Assembly (NCBI GenBank): GCA_977030845.1
Contig: OZ365110.1
Coordinates: 31,930,001 to 31,994,000 of the forward strand
Length of the DNA stretch: 64,000 nucleotides
DNA from: Fimbriosthenelais zetlandica
Taxonomy: Eukaryota
Direction: 5' to 3'
Shown here: piece after piece, positions 23,001 to 37,345 of the stretch
Layout of the letters: each line of letters opens with the position of its first letter
Position numbering within the stretch: position 1 is the first letter of the stretch
Made by a program: the position numbers and the translations under genes
The notes under the pieces: model-generated
The model's input: only the letters and a program-made list of their open reading frames with translations
The model's database searches: none
Told to the model about the DNA's origin: nothing

Positions 23001-26000
23001 ACTATTTTACATATAATCTTTGTGCTGGCTTTTCATTCCTGCCTACGGACTGAGTCTCAGTGGAAATGGATAAGGCTACAGCTAAAAAAACTATGCTTCA
23101 ATTAAGTGACCTCAACTCATAGATTGTTTACCCAATTTTCAATTTTTTCTGTTCCTTTTCAGAAACTGATCTCCAAGACCAAGTGGAAGGTTCTTTGAAT
23201 ATGGGACCTACGTATGAAACAGTTGTGGCTCGTGCCCAATTAGCCTTGGTAATTTGCTGGAACTTCAATTTTCTTCATTTTTTTCAATCTGCATTTCTGT
23301 GACCAAGGATCGAAGTATATGGTATCGCATCGCAGTTTGCGATCGAAAAAGTGTATTTTGCAATGTATAACAACCAAATTTCGAATTATTTTAAACTGCT
23401 GTAAAAGTTAAACAAAGTGATAATGGTTGCCTTGTTTTCCTTGTAGCAAATACACGATGTAGGTCGAGAAGAACTTCGCATTTGTGAGCGACTTGTTCAT
23501 GATCAGCACCTGCAGCATCAAGGCTGGGCGGCCGTGGTGGCCAACCTGGAGGATATCACAAGGTAACGTAACGTCAAACGTTAAAGATAGGAAAATATTT
23601 AATTCACAGCATGACAATTATTCAATTTCATAAAATAGAACTCCACCCTCTGGTGCTAACTTAGTTAAAGTAAAGACTTGACTTGACTCCCACTGTCTGT
23701 GGTGTGAGACTTTCACTGTGTGCTTGGAGTTATGTAAGGCCAACCATTTGGCTTTCCCCTCGAACTAAAAATTTCCCCAAACCCAGAAATGTATTCACCA
23801 ATTCCTGAACTGGAAAAATCATGCTTTTAACATCTATATCCCAAATAAAAATGTGTCATTGTGATAATTCTCCCTAAGAATTTTACCTACATTAGGTATT
23901 AACATTCCGTCGATATTTACTATATAACAGTAAACACTTCATTAATTTATCAACAATTTTTCAACACCACAGTGCCTTCAAGAAGAGATCTGAAGCCCTG
24001 TGGGCCAGCTTTGACGAATTCTCCACCAAACGCGACCTCCACATCCGCATGTTGGAATGCTTCGATAAGACGATGAACCTGCTCGGCAAGATCCCGCTGC
24101 TACCCTGTCTGGTCGGTGAGAAGTACAGACTCTTTACCCCGGACCGTAACAGTGCTGCTAGCAGCACCCCGTCAGAATCCACCACAGCTCTCAGCAGTGG
24201 CACGTCATTCAATATTAATAAGTCTGTAGCCTCTGAGAGTAGTGCAGCAGGCGTGGAGGGTGGGCCCTTCTCACGGGCGGGGTCGCTAGATGTCACAGAT
24301 GGAGATAGTCTACCGGTTTCTCTATTAGAGTGGATCTCAGCTCAGGATAATAGGAGCTCGATAGATCAGATGGTGCTTCAGTGCCAGCAAGGTCTTGAAC
24401 AGGTAATTATCCCTACATGTCCTATTCTGTATTATTACTACTGGCGTGGGAGTCTTAAGTAATTATTTATAAAGTTGGACTATGTTATATATGTACACAG
24501 TGTCACTTAAAATTGAAATCTCAATAGGAGGACTTCAATTTCTAAAATGACTGTAATTTCTAAAAGTTATTTCAGAAGATTAAAATACAGTAGATTAAAA
24601 TAGGACAATGAGTAGCAAAATTGCTCTCGGCTCAAAGATTATGTCCATGATTATGCAAAAAAAAAAAAAAAAAAATTATAAAAAAAACAACACGTACTAT
24701 GCCAGATTTTTGACAGATGTTTTAATATTGTTTCTACCCAGTTCACACCAGTACTGAAGGAGACGTTGATAGGAGAGATGAACGGTTTACTGGAGGCGGT
24801 ACATAACCCCAGCATGAAGGAGGTGAAGGGGCTGGAGGACCGCCTCTACGGCCTGGAGCAGCTCATGTACGGGGCACGTAAACTAGTACAGGAGCAGCAC
24901 GAGATGGCTCAGGTAAATTTTGCCATTAAAAAAAAAATTTGTGAAAAAAACATATTTGCTATTTTTTCCTATAACAAAATTTCTACTGGTTTGGATTGGC
25001 TCAGGTAAAAAGTTAGTTTATTTAAAAAAGTAAGTTTTATCATTTTTTTTCCAAACAGAATCTGACAATGTAATTACTTGAATATTTGATATTTTTTTTT
25101 ATAGGCTTTAGTACTATCCAGTTCTAAAATTTATTTGGTGATATCACCAGCCTTCCTCAATATTTTATATTTTATTTAAAAATAATCTAAAAAGGAACTG
25201 TACAGGAAACAATTAAAACCAGTAAAATCATTTTCTTATTGACTGAAATTGTTGAAAATGTATAACACCAATTGGAACTTGAATACTACGAGCAAATGAA
25301 TGAATAATATTTCGAATACGTGTATTCGAATACCACGTTTATTCAATTTATTAAGATTTGAATATTTTGATAATTGTAATGATGGATGAATTACAACGGT
25401 AAAGTCTAAATCATTATATTTTACAGGGATTTGTGCAAAATCAAAACCGTGCCAGTAACCTACGGGATGCCTCCGTGCTGCCGGATCTCTGCCAATCACA
25501 CAAACGCCAACTGCTGGTCATGCTCAAAAACCACCAGAGTCTGAGAGACATTCGCCGACGGTGTACACTAGCTAAAGATGAACTAGCTGCCAATCTACAC
25601 ACAAGATTAAGGTACCACTATTATTTATATACTCTAACCAGTATTTACTCTGAATATATGTAATGTATTTATTTCTCTTAGCATTTTCGCATTAAAAGCA
25701 AGGATACAATGTTTTTAATATTTTTGTCAGTGAAAAGTTCAGCTTTGTGCGTATTGTCCCTGAACCTAACCCCTAGTTATGAGACAAATAAATAATTGTG
25801 TACAGCTCTTTCAGGCCTGTAGCGCTGAATGGGCCTATGCGACTATAGACTCATTTCTGAAAGTACATCACCTTGGTGTATGTTCTGGATTAATCATATT
25901 TTGTTTCTTGTATCAGATGGATCATGTACGTAGAGAAGTCTCTATGTGATAAGGACAATAAGTTGATGATTCACCAAGCCACGCTACGTAAACTCAAGCG

Positions 26001-29000
26001 TCGTCTGCACATCCTCAAACAGATGAACGACGCCCCACACGTCTACGCCCGCGCCGTGGTCGAGGTGGTCAGGCGCAAATCATTCTCCAGGAATTTCCTA
26101 GAGGTATTTTAAAATTTGTTCAGTACTACGGATGTGAAAGTATACTATAGATGAAATATACATGTATACCGTATTTGCCGGAGTATAATCGCGACTTTTT
26201 TCCAGAATCGCAGCATGCGATTAATACAATTAAGCAATTTTTATATGGATTTCAATACAAAGCAGCGGTGTTTATATATGGATTTTAACCTGAGCGGCTA
26301 GGGGGTGCGGTTTATAGCCAGGTGCGGTTAATACACAGGCAAATACGAAGATGAATGGTTTTTATTATATTAACGAACCTGTACAAGTTCAAAGGAATGT
26401 TATTTGAAAATATGTTTTTACTTTTCAGTGGGCGGGGACATTTGCCGATGATTCACTAGCAATTCATGAGTCAGAACTTGGTAAAAGAGAGGAATTCATG
26501 AGCTGCATTGGTAAGTACCTATTCATTTCGGCTAAGAATAATTTTGTAGCGTATATAATTAATTCATGAATTAATTATTTTGATTCTGCAATGAATCTTT
26601 CATTTGTATTCAGTAGAAATGAGCGCTAAATTGACATTCATGCCCTGTATATTAGTGATATTCATATAGGTATTCATGTTTATTTAAAATGTTAAAATGT
26701 GATATAATACATACTTAAAATGTCTATTTGTTTACGATTTATAGAACGGCATTTCCTCAAAAATCTCTTCCCTGGACTGGAGGACCAACCCCCACCTTTT
26801 GCGGTATGTAGAAAGATAAAAATATATGTTTCTTTGGCTACAACTTGTGAAGAAATTTTTCAATATTGCTGTTGCATGTATGGACCAATTGAAACTTGGC
26901 AGGGCCAGTTTAAGATATCACAGTTCAAAATTTAGTCTGACTGGTACGTCAATTTATGTACATTTTAATGCGTAACAGTGTAATTTAGTGATATAATAGA
27001 GGTTATTATTATTTTAAATATATGTTCTTTCAGACCAAAGCCCCACCATCGTTTGACTCTAAGTTACCTCCCATCACTGAAGAGGACGTGTCTTTCCTAT
27101 GTAGCCGTGTACCTGAGCTTGCTGACCAACTTAGGTAAGAGTAAACATTATTTAAATCTACCTGTTTATTAAATAAATTCTTTATTTTAAATAAAATGAA
27201 CCACTAGTTCGTAATAAAAGCCAAGGGACAAATGTTTCTAGGTTTATTGAAATATCTGGTCCAATTTTGGGGGAAGATCCGTTGACAAATTATTTCAAAA
27301 TTCTAGCTTTTATAATGTACATGTATGAGATTTTTTGGGCTCACTTGAAATATTCTGTGTCTAGATTCTATGGAAGATCCATTTGCAAAATCTTTCAGAC
27401 TGTAGGAGTTCTTTAGAGAACATTAATAAATTCCATACTTTCTTTATCCAAATTCCGGTTGTGATTAAAAAAGCCTACTAATAGTACTATATAGAGATCA
27501 ACCGGCTAATCCCAATTTTAGAAAAAGGTTTAATCCTGTTCCAACATTTAGACTTGATGATCAGTATTTAATCAGGTTTATTATATATTTTCAGGGTACC
27601 TAGTGAGGAAGAATCCGCTGAGAAACTATTCACAGTGACTGATAGGAAAGGCCTACCTCTCTGTCTCAGCCACACCTTGGCCGCCACCCTTCAGAACACG
27701 CTTCGAGCCGTAGTCGACTCTCAGAGTGGCTCCAGCACCCCAACCCGCCTGTCCTCCAGCCCCGCCCGCGCTCCAGGCGTCATGAAAGACGACATGTGCA
27801 CCTCCGACATTGTCGTCCTCACCCACGAAATGAGCGACCAAGCTGCGGCCGGAGCCACCTTGACCGCTCAAGGTACCGTCAAACCCCCCGACCCCGCTAC
27901 CGCTGCTAAACCCCCTCCCGATCAACCCAAGGGTGGAGAATCCGGATCCGGGGGGAAATTGAAAGGGAAAGATCTTCCCCCGCCTCCACCTACACTGAGC
28001 CCTGCCAAATCCGATCTCATACAGAGTGTGGAGGTACTGGAGGAGGAGGAGGAAGAGGAGGAGGAGTTTTTATCTCTCCAGGCTGAGATGCCCGCTGATA
28101 CACCCCCAGTGGAGCTGGTCTCGGGACATGCCGCCATGGCACCCCAGCCTGTCGTAGTGGTGGAAGCCAAGCTTAAAAACTCCACCTCTGGCTCTTCGGC
28201 GGAGCTCGTGGCCCGCGGGGGGAGCACGGGCAGCCTCCGCACCATGGCCCGCTCCCCGCCCAAGACAGACCGGCGGGAACGGAACAAGAGCACCCCAGAA
28301 ACCTCGCCCAGCCTGGAGGAGGTTAACTCTGAGGGATTCACAACTGCAGATTTCTACATTGATGAATCCATGCCCTCCTCCATGACTGAGTCTCCCCCGA
28401 CCAAGAAAATGGTGGCCGAACTGCAGTCTGTTCTCCATGAGAAGAGCGCGCAGTTGGACGCCAAAGAGCGCGAACTTGAGCAGCAGCGGAGGGCGCTGGA
28501 CACGGCAAGGGACAAGCTCGTACGAACCGAGGACAATCTGAAACTCCTACATGAAACCGCTGATAAGGGAACTCTCCAACTTAAATGTGATGTGCTTAGT
28601 ATAGAAAAACAAGTAGCCAAAGACAAGGACGAGTTTAGTAACTATATGGCTAGTCTAACTAGGAAGTTGGTCGAAGTCATTGAAAAGTTCGAGAGGCAAC
28701 AGAGTGAAGCTAAAGATGCCTCGTTACATCATCTCAGGAGTGATTACGAGGAACGATTAGAAACACTCCGAGAAGAGATAGAGATTGAGACACAAAAGTT
28801 GGCCGATTCACAAGAAGAGATTACCATGTATCATAAACAGCTTAAAGAGAGGGATGACAAGTATGAGAGTTATGTACTGGTGATGAAAACAAACCTCGCC
28901 GAGACGGAAGAGAAGTGGCAAGGGGAGGTGGAGGAGACGAGGAAAAAACTAATGCTGGAACACGAGATTGAAATGGACCGGGTCCAAACCGAACTCAAAG

Positions 29001-32000
29001 AGGAAATAGAGAAGAAAGAAAATGAGCTAGCGACGGTTTCCCAACTCCTGCAGGAGGCTGAAGATAGTTTGCAAGTGAAAATCGAAGAGATCTCTGAGAA
29101 AATGAAGGTCGAACATCAACAAGCCCTCAAGGATATGGAGGCTAAATATGAAAAGGAAGAGGGGGAGAAAAGGGAAAAGCTAGAAATGGAAATTAAAGAG
29201 GTACTCAGTAGAGCCCATCAAGAGGACGTGGAAACGCTAGAGCGTGAACATGAACGGCTCATGAGCGAAAAGTGCGAGCAGCTCAAAAATGAACTTGAAG
29301 AAGCCAAAACCGCTGAGTTAGAATCATTAAAGGAAGCAATCACCAAAACACACACTGACGAAATAGAGCAAATGAGGACTCAACTCGAGGAAACTTTATC
29401 GAACCTAAAGGAAAACCATGAGAAAATATTAACGGATTTGAAAGAGGAACACACCAAATTAGCGACGGAGAAAGAAGAGGAACACCAAGGGAAAATTAGA
29501 GAACTGGTGGAGGACCATGAAAAGATCCTAGCACAAAAACAAGGAGAGTTAGAGCAGGAAATTGAAGATGCTCACACTGAGAATCAGAATATTGTCTCTG
29601 ATCTGTTAGGTAGACAAAAGCAGGAGCTGAATGAGCTCCAGGAGCGACTGACACTGGAGAAGTTTGAGGAGCTGCAGAGCATGCAGCAGCACCTTGAAGA
29701 AAAGGTGCAGGGTGCGAGCAGCTCAGCGGGTGGTGAGGCGGAGGTGCAGGAGGAGGAGGGGATGATGAGGCGAGAAGAGCATGTGGAGAAAATAGAGGAA
29801 CTGAGGAAAGAGTGGGAGAAGAAAATGGAGGAGGAAATAGAGAAAGTAAGAGAATATATTATTTTTGTTTGTTAAAGTGATATTTAACCCTAGGTAATTA
29901 GGTATAAATGTGTTTTCCTAGGCAGGTGTTACCCTAGATATGTATGTGATGTTTTCACTCAATGAGTCTAAAGTCGCACAGCGCTACAGGCCTGAAAGCT
30001 TGGTAAATAAACTATTTATTTCTTTTAGTATTTTCGCATTAATTGAATAAATCAAGTATAGAATGCTTTTACTATTTTTGTGAGTGAAATTGAGAAAAAT
30101 TAAACTTTGTCCCTTCGGTATAAGAATCTTTAACTAACTCAAAATCCATTTTTGCGACTTTAGACTCATTTAGTGTGAATACATGTCAGATATGATTCCA
30201 CTAAAATTACTGTTGTGATTAGAAGAATGTAAATGACCAACTGCTGTTCCATCGAAAAGAGCATATCGTTGGGTGTAGACGGTGTGTTTCCGTTTAGTTT
30301 TTCTAGGCCTGAATAAGTTGTAATATTTTGATATTCTTTAAAAAACTAAACAAAATATATACTTGATTATAGGCTTTGATTGAGCAGCAGAAACAACAAG
30401 AAGCTGCCATAGAGAACCTGAAGGAGGAACTGGACCGTGAGAGACCAGAAAGTGGTCCCAGTAGCGGTAGCTCGAGTATGTCTGCTGCCGCTGAGAAACA
30501 GGTAGCTCCTCTAGAAATTAATTACACAAATAATTAGGCCTATTCTGGGCTCACTCTACTAGCCACAAATTATGTGTAGCAAAAAGTGCTAAAGACACCA
30601 AATTTCCCTTAGCAATTTGCAGTGGGCGTTAGCAGATTTTGTTTTAGCAAAGTAGTATTTTTATTAGAAAATTGCGACAGTGCGATCCGGTAGAACGAGC
30701 CCAGCTATTCAAAATATTATGTACTGTGGAAAATCACTACTACGGTTACCCTTACCATTTTGTAAACATTATGCAATGTGACCTATAGTGAATATATTTA
30801 GTTGGCCTTTCTGCAAATTCCTAAAATATGTGCTTGCACCATGATGTTTTAATTAATGCATGTTGACAAGCCATTTGTATTAGTCAAGCCTGACAATTTA
30901 AGGCCAGTCTGTATCCTCCTCAAGTTTCTATTTCCAAGTTTCCACAATAACTATATGGTATGCATAAACTGTAGTTAACTTTCATTTTATATTTTGTTTT
31001 CCATTTCAGATTGTATTTAATGAGGCCTTAAGTAAAGTGGTTGCTGAGAAAGACAAAGTTATAGAGGAGTTAAAAGGTCGTGAAGCTGCTCTAACACTAC
31101 AACATGAGGATGATTTAGGTAAACATATTAATATCGGATCGGTATAGGAGAATTCAACCAAGGCGTTCGCTTGAAATTATCCTCGAAATTTGTACTGATT
31201 TTCTCCATATAAGTTTTACTAGAAATTTTGTTTTCATATTGTACCAAATGCATGTACATGTACTCTTAATCTATAATTTTAATACGTATGAATTTTAATG
31301 ACTTTCCTGTGAATTAGAAACCCTTAGCATAAAAATCTGGGCATCAAACTATGAAGGCCTTAAAAGTGTTTAAAGTTGGAATGTGAAATTGATCAATTCT
31401 GCTTTCTATTGTAGTTAACTTTGAGAGGGTGATGGCCGGCAAAATGGGCAAGGACGAGGAGAGAGACATTGCCATCCGACTCGCAACAGAACGTGAGGAT
31501 AAACAAAGGTGTGTTTTATGCATGTTCCAGTATAATGTCAGAAAAATATTGAAATTATTAGATACAAAAAATTTAAAGAAGCCCTAAATGACAAAGCGGG
31601 GGAATCCAATGTGTTCGGTCAATTGCGTCCATAATTTATACCGCCCTGCATATCAAGGTTGTAAATAACCAAATTTAACAATTTAATCATTGGTCTAGAA
31701 CTAAGAAGACAGGCACTGGATCTTTTGGGGACTAGGGTACTATATAGGACGCCCCACATTTATGGGTGTAAATGAAAATATGGGCTTTAATTTGATAATT
31801 CAACTTGAGTGTGAGAGGTTTAGTTGCCAAAATATTACTCTAGATTTGTGTTTTTAAATTGTAAAAAAAACCAAACAAATGAAATGAAATATAATATAAT
31901 TTTTAAAAATCCCTGAAAAAATCGGCGCCCCTCGATCATAATTATACCAGCACTTAAGTTAACCAATAATGCATTTTAACTTGTCGCAGGGAGATGCAGA

Positions 32001-32856
32001 AGAGGTTTGAGGAGGAGATGGTCCTAGCTCAGACCCAGGTACGACAGTTACAGGAGCAGCTGAGGATGAGCAGCTCGGTGGCTTCCTCTGGCTCAGTCAT
32101 CTCAGCCTCCTCCTCCCCACTCAAGGTAGGCGCTGGTATTAGCGCTCCCCCTTCAGTACCCCTCTCACAATCCATCGCCGCCCCCTCTACATTGATGGGG
32201 GCCTCTATCATGCCCTTCCCCGAACCTTCCTGTACCACTTCTATGTATGATAGGATCCAAGAACTAGAAACGGTAAGTCGTGGCTGATTTTTATACAATT
32301 TTTAGTTAAATTAATTGAGTGGTGTTTTTTTTTAAAGATAAGTACATTTTTATTTGTACTTTTAATCAATCTGTTTAATTTGTATACATGAATTTCAACT
32401 TTGCTTCGGGAAATTATGAAATATAAAACCTGTGCCGGTATTTGATTCGTATTTTTTCTGAATGTGTACCATTTTGTACTTGCACTATATACATGTATAT
32501 GCAATGACAAATATAAAAATGCCGAATGATGTTTATTGCTGAAATTTATGAAGCATCCGTATTGATTTGTGGCTTGTACATCTAATGATTTGTATACCTG
32601 TAAAAAAATAGAATTCACCTTGGATTTTGACATTTGAATGTTTTATCTAAATCTATGCAAATTGAATTATAATTTATTCATAATTTATCTACTTGCGTTT
32701 TAAAAACACTTGCAATTGTTTGATCATCTAAGTTGAAGTTCTACTGTATGATAATTCATGCAAATTTGAAGGAGTTGTCTTTAAAAGATTTAAAATTTAT
32801 AATTTCAGCACTTAAAATCTAAAGAAGATGAGGTGTCTGAGTTAAGCCGAAAATTG
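20096..32856 (+). CDS. RB1CC1: RB1-inducible coiled-coil protein 1 (FIP200/Atg17-Atg11-like autophagy scaffold); 3' (Claw-domain) exons not found in window
   Basis: 18 phase-consistent exons: 20096-20163 (acceptor at 20029, ATG 20096), 21103-21229, 21882-21963, 23163-23248, 23447-23562, 23973-24402, 24742-24912, 25427-25611, 25917-26103, 26429-26510, 26745-26803, 27034-27134, 27595-29845 (2251-nt exon, the 746-aa ORF), 30373-30501, 31010-31118, 31415-31508, 31990-32272, 32809-32856. Total 4608 nt = 1536 codons with no stop. Hallmarks: MLYVFHVDTGLMLTFD (N-terminal ubiquitin-like), VCSYSAGTDTNPIFLF, VHDQHLQHQGWAAVVANLED, KIPLLPCL, EVVRRK, RHFLKNLFPGLED, and a long E/K coiled coil. The last exon ends in a GTAAGT donor at 32857. 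Confidence 0.94.
22399..22419 (+). CDS. RB1CC1: Candidate 21-nt frame-preserving microexon of RB1CC1 (adds DLTMVEA)
   Basis: ataattttccacAG|acctcaccatggtagaggctg|GTAAGT. Phase 1 on both sides, matching exons 21882-21963 and 23163-23248; no stop codon. Confidence 0.55.
22767..22916. repeat. 31-bp minisatellite, ~5 copies
   Basis: GAGATATCTTCTGAC..TGT.AGAAATTGG units; TATCTTCTG at 22831, 22862 and 22893; a partial copy at ~22693. Confidence 0.9.
25665..25870. mobile_element. Partial copy of the MITE family at 29949-30184
   Basis: Shares TTTCAGGCCTGTAGCGCTG (inverted relative to ~29980), TGCGACT.TAGACTCATTT and TTAG.ATTTTCGCATTAA. Confidence 0.6.
26169..26348. mobile_element. pogo/Tigger-like MITE
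   Basis: TA|CCGTATTTGCC...GGCAAATACG inverted ends with internal GCGGT(T)TATA subrepeats. Confidence 0.55.
29949..30184. mobile_element. ~235-bp MITE
   Basis: TIRs ATGTTTTCACTCAATGAGTCTAAAGTCGCA and TGCGACTTTAGACTCATTTAGTGTGAATACAT; second family member at 25.67-25.87 kb. Confidence 0.7.
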
Positions 32857-33018
32857 GTAAGTACTCATAGTTATTGACATTCAGGGAAACACATTTTCAC
32901 ATCCATGTTTTTTTCCCTTCAAATATCCTGTTTTATCCCTAAAATGTCTTCTTTCCCACTGATAAATAGCAGGTTTTCATCTCTGAGTTTATTTCCAAAC
33001 TTTATTTGGGACATATCT

Positions 33019-33295
33019 CCATACCATATACTACTCAGTTTGAAACTGCTCCTGAGTACAATCCCCATAACATATACTACTCGATATGACACTACTCCTG
33101 AGTACAACCCCCATACCATATACTACTCAGTTTGAAACTGCTCCTGAGTACAATCTCCATACCATATACTACTCAGTTTGAAACTGCTCCTGAGTACAAT
33201 CTCCATACCATATACTACTCAGTTTGAAACTGCTCCTGAGTACAGTCCCCATACCATTATACTACTCGATATGAAACTACTTCTGAGTACAAATA
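33019..33295. repeat. 46-bp minisatellite, 6 copies
   Basis: CCATACCATATACTACTCAGTTTGAAACTGCTCCTGAGTACAATCT units at 33019, 33065, 33111, 33157, 33203 and 33249. Confidence 0.95.
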
Positions 33296-34374
33296 CATCA
33301 GTATACTCCCTTTGGAAGTCCATACACCACTCAACTACTCAAATACTACTTTGAGGTCTTACTTTTAATAATCAATCCACTATGTGACACAAAGAATACA
33401 TACATGTGTGTACTATCTTTAGTGCTCATATTACCTTAAATTATTTGGTAATACTTTAGATAGTTAATTATTATGTAAGCCATTGATGGATTTGATTCAG
33501 AAAATGAAAATCGCATCGGTCATGACTATTTTAGTTTGCGATTTTGCCACCAGTTTTCAGTCTCCCCTTGACTTAGTTCGCCTGAATCTCACTAGAGGGA
33601 GCCACTGCCATAGCTTTTCACAGTTGGGTGGACCCATTGCATTCCGAATGAACCCAGTTAGAAACCCAGTTCTGGATTGTTAGGGCAAAATTAACAAATA
33701 TATTGGGAAATAATTCCATAAGAAAATAAGATACAAGCTTTATTTTTTTTAACTCCATGGATGCATATATATATGTCAGACCCACATAATATTTTAGCCA
33801 AATTAAATTTATGATATATATATGGAGAGGCACACAATAGATGAATATAATTTGTTTCTGCGGTTTAGGGTCCATAAAAATTCCACTTTTGTTTAAAATT
33901 GAAACAATTCACCTGCAAATGTCTATCAGCCAGCTTTGTGTGTTGCACTTTAGGTGCGCAACTAGCGGTAAGTGGTGCTTGGCAGGTGTTCCATCCCCTC
34001 CCCATCCGCATCATACACCTGGTATCTCCCGACCACCACCCCCTCTCCCCCCCCCCCCTCTCCCCCCCTACCGGTTGGTACCATACCACCCACTCAACCC
34101 CGGGGGCACTCAGAATCAAAGCGGGGACGAATGCCCTTTCCTATTTCGCAGAGAAAGGTGCTATACGTTCCTGTTTAAAAATTATTACAGTTGCCTAGAA
34201 GAAATAGGGATTTCTTTCTGTTCAAATGCTTTGAACTGAATTAAAGATTTATTTTTTCGGCATGTGCCAAGCAAAGAAAGCCTAAGAATGACAAGCAATT
34301 TACCTGGAATTCCACTTGTCCACTTCCCAACTTGATGATGACAATTCACTTCAGCTTTTCTCGTTATATTAGTT

Positions 34375-34475
34375 CATGAAAGAATGTACTCATGAAAGGA
34401 GAAAATATAATTTATCATGAAAGAATGTACTTATAAAAGGAGAAAATATAATTTATCATGAAAGAATGTACTTAT
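34375..34475. repeat. 41-bp tandem repeat, 2.5 copies
   Basis: CATGAAAGAATGTAC at 34375, 34416 and 34457. Confidence 0.9.
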
Positions 34476-37236
34476 GTACATACGTGTTAAAGTCCATGAA
34501 AGTTCTATTTTTGTAAATGTCCAATGTCCACGGTCATGGGTGCCCAGTTCGCTTCGGACTGCCCCTGGCCCTTCCAGCTCCTCCAAACCTCACCCCTATA
34601 CCAAAACCCCACTACCCTAGAGGCTAATTACCCGCCCGCCGATTATCTCCTAGTTTGCCCCTCTTATCGGCGCAAGCCAGCTAAACCCCTGCTTGTTTTT
34701 GGTGATGAGTCCCAACTCTTTGATGCTCCGGCGTAAAAAAAACAAAAAAGACAAAAAAAAACTCGGTCGAGCGTGAAATTTCCACCATTGAACCTGGGGC
34801 GGCTGAAGCGCATTGTCTCCGCGGCTTAACACTCGGTTTACCATTCCTACCACAATAGATTTAATGTCTATTTAACATCCATATGTTGTTACGGGAGCCT
34901 GGGCTTTCAGGGTTAATTTGCCTTTATAGAATCTTTGAAGATCAGCCGATTTTTTCAAAATATTTAAAAAAGAAAGAAAGAAAATGGTGATTGCAATCAT
35001 TTACTTGCAAGTTGGATGATGGCGAGGGTATCGTAGCCTTTTGAAGATTTGTTCCCGCTTCTCCTGTTCATATTATTACGTTGAATTGGGTCTTTCCTAA
35101 TGGCTTGGTCTGCAGATCCAATTTGGTGCTCATATTATTGATATAAAAAAGAAACAAAGCCATAATATTTGAATGCCTGAAAGTCTAAAAATACACCCCA
35201 AGGAACCTGGCAAAACACTGCATTTTTATGTCAGTATTTTCATGGTTTTCAAAGAAAATATTATAATGTGTTTATTTCCACATAAAAGTCACCCAAAAAA
35301 TAAAAATTAAAAACCCATAAATAACATGATATAACTTGCAACATATTTAAATATTACGATTTAAATCAAAAACACAATCTCAGCCTAAACACTTTTAAAA
35401 GTTTTATTATGGCACTTCCCCTTTGAACCATCCGAGTAAACAACAATAGCCACACTCGAGATAACTGATGCAGATTTTATGTAAATTGACACTTGAGACA
35501 AAAGGTAAGGTAACTAGCGCGTGCCTTTGATGATAGCGACCTTATAAAAGGTCTCTTTGATGCTCCCAATGTACTCAATTAAGGTGACGAGTGGGCACAA
35601 ACCAAAAAAACAAATATTAATGATTGCGGGGGAGTTTTGGGGAAGCACCTCCTTATCAATTTCCAATTATAGTATAATGGAAGCACGCTGGGGCTCCTGA
35701 CGGGCGACTCATAATGATATAATTACCTAATGTACATAGTCATAATAGACTGCTTTGAGCATAGATCCCGGATCAATTAAATAAATGTCTACCACATCGG
35801 ATTTTTCTCTGGTGTCTCTGACTGATTTCGACTTTCATCTCAGTTGGGTTTTTTTAAATTTATTTTGGGTTGATATATTGGGACGTTATCTGTGGGGGTC
35901 AATCAGTTTTAATGGGGTCATACTCGTCACTAGATTTTTTTCTTTATTCAAAGGATAATCTTTTAGTAAAAAGTACCTGTTATTTTAGAGAATGATTAAT
36001 TATCTATATATAAAACTGATTTAACATTATAATAGGCCCAATTATTACATTTTTGAAGACTTTCTCAATGTTAAAACTATTTTCCACTATTAGAACATTT
36101 TAAGCCGCGGACACAAAACTGGTGGCCCATGCAATTATACCTTCTTTTCACATCGCTTTTACAAAACCATTGGGGGCATTGTTTCTTATGCATTATCATG
36201 CCAATATGCCCAGTAAGAATATCACCCAGTCGAGATAGGAAATGTTTCATGATTATAGCATTGTTTTAACAAAATCAAAGACTTAATTGCGCAAGTCTGA
36301 AACTGAAGAGGAGTCAGGGAAGAGTTAGAAACATTTGCAGTTGGTCAGAAATATTAGGAATTCAAAGAAAAGATAGGTAAAATTCAGGGAATTGTTGAAT
36401 GTGGCATGCATGTTAATTATGTTAGTCTGGGAAAACTCGAAGTTGTACTAGAGTTACAACAATGACATTGCCTGATTTTGATAATGACTTTAGATTACCA
36501 TCACACATTCCCGTATTTCATAATGAAAATATACAACGACATGCGCAACATGTGCCGCTAACCCCTCCTATACCCACCACTTCACACGCAAAAGCTCAAA
36601 ATCAACGCCAATCAAACATTTACTTTGTAAACTATTGCTCCACTTAACTCCCTATATATTGGCCTCGCGCGATCACTTCCCGTGATAAACTTCTGGTCAT
36701 GCTCGCGCATCATTCCTGCTTTGATATCATTTCCCCAAATCATCAAAGGCTTGGGGTCACTCGGGTGAAAGTAATCACTTTAGTATTGATCTAATTTATC
36801 TATAAATGGTATATTATTAAAGTTGGGGGATATTAGGACACCCCTGTGTAATCTACTGATGCTTCCCACTTTCCCCACCCCCTTCCATCGTATCCCACTC
36901 ACGCAATCCCCATTGCATAAAAAGCCACATGTAACGGGACAATGAAATATATGAGTATGCAACAGGTACATCATTTTGCCCTTCACTCAAAGGGCAGAAG
37001 CCTCCCTGAAATTAAATTAATTTCTGGCTTTAATCAAGGGTAGTGGGAACCTTTGATGTGGGGTGGGAGATGATGGGAGATGGTCCAGAGCTGACTTGTC
37101 ATTATTGACATGACTAAGCTGGTTTATATTAGTGCTGAGCGTCACGCGACCAAAACATGACTAATCATCTCAGTCACACTTAATGTTAACTAAAGTATAA
37201 AGCCTGGAACACACTAATTCAGTTCTCTATCCTGCG

Positions 37237-37345
37237 CCATTCGATTGCTGTCCGAAACAATATTTCTATTCAATCCAAATGCTTGTAATTTGAACAGTCC
37301 ATTACACCTATAGGTAAGGATGGCGACGGATTGGAGAATCGGATT
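37237..37345. mobile_element. Truncated copy of MITE family shared with 52775-52950 (opposite orientation)
   Basis: Reverse complement aligns over ~110 bp (GGACTGTTCAAATTACA, CGGACAGC, TCTCCAATCCGTC). Confidence 0.65.

Noticed and set aside
27653-28626. Antisense ORFs of 90-139 aa (also 23961-24296 and 32029-32298)
   Set aside because: They are shadows of GC-rich RB1CC1 exons on the opposite strand, with no independent homology.
34262-34285. ATG TGC CAA GCA AAG AAA GCC TAA = MCQAKKA*, resembling the Claw motif YCQAKKA
   Set aside because: Upstream residues (LKIYFFG) do not match the Claw consensus, there is no suitable acceptor or donor, and a stop follows immediately; treated as coincidence.
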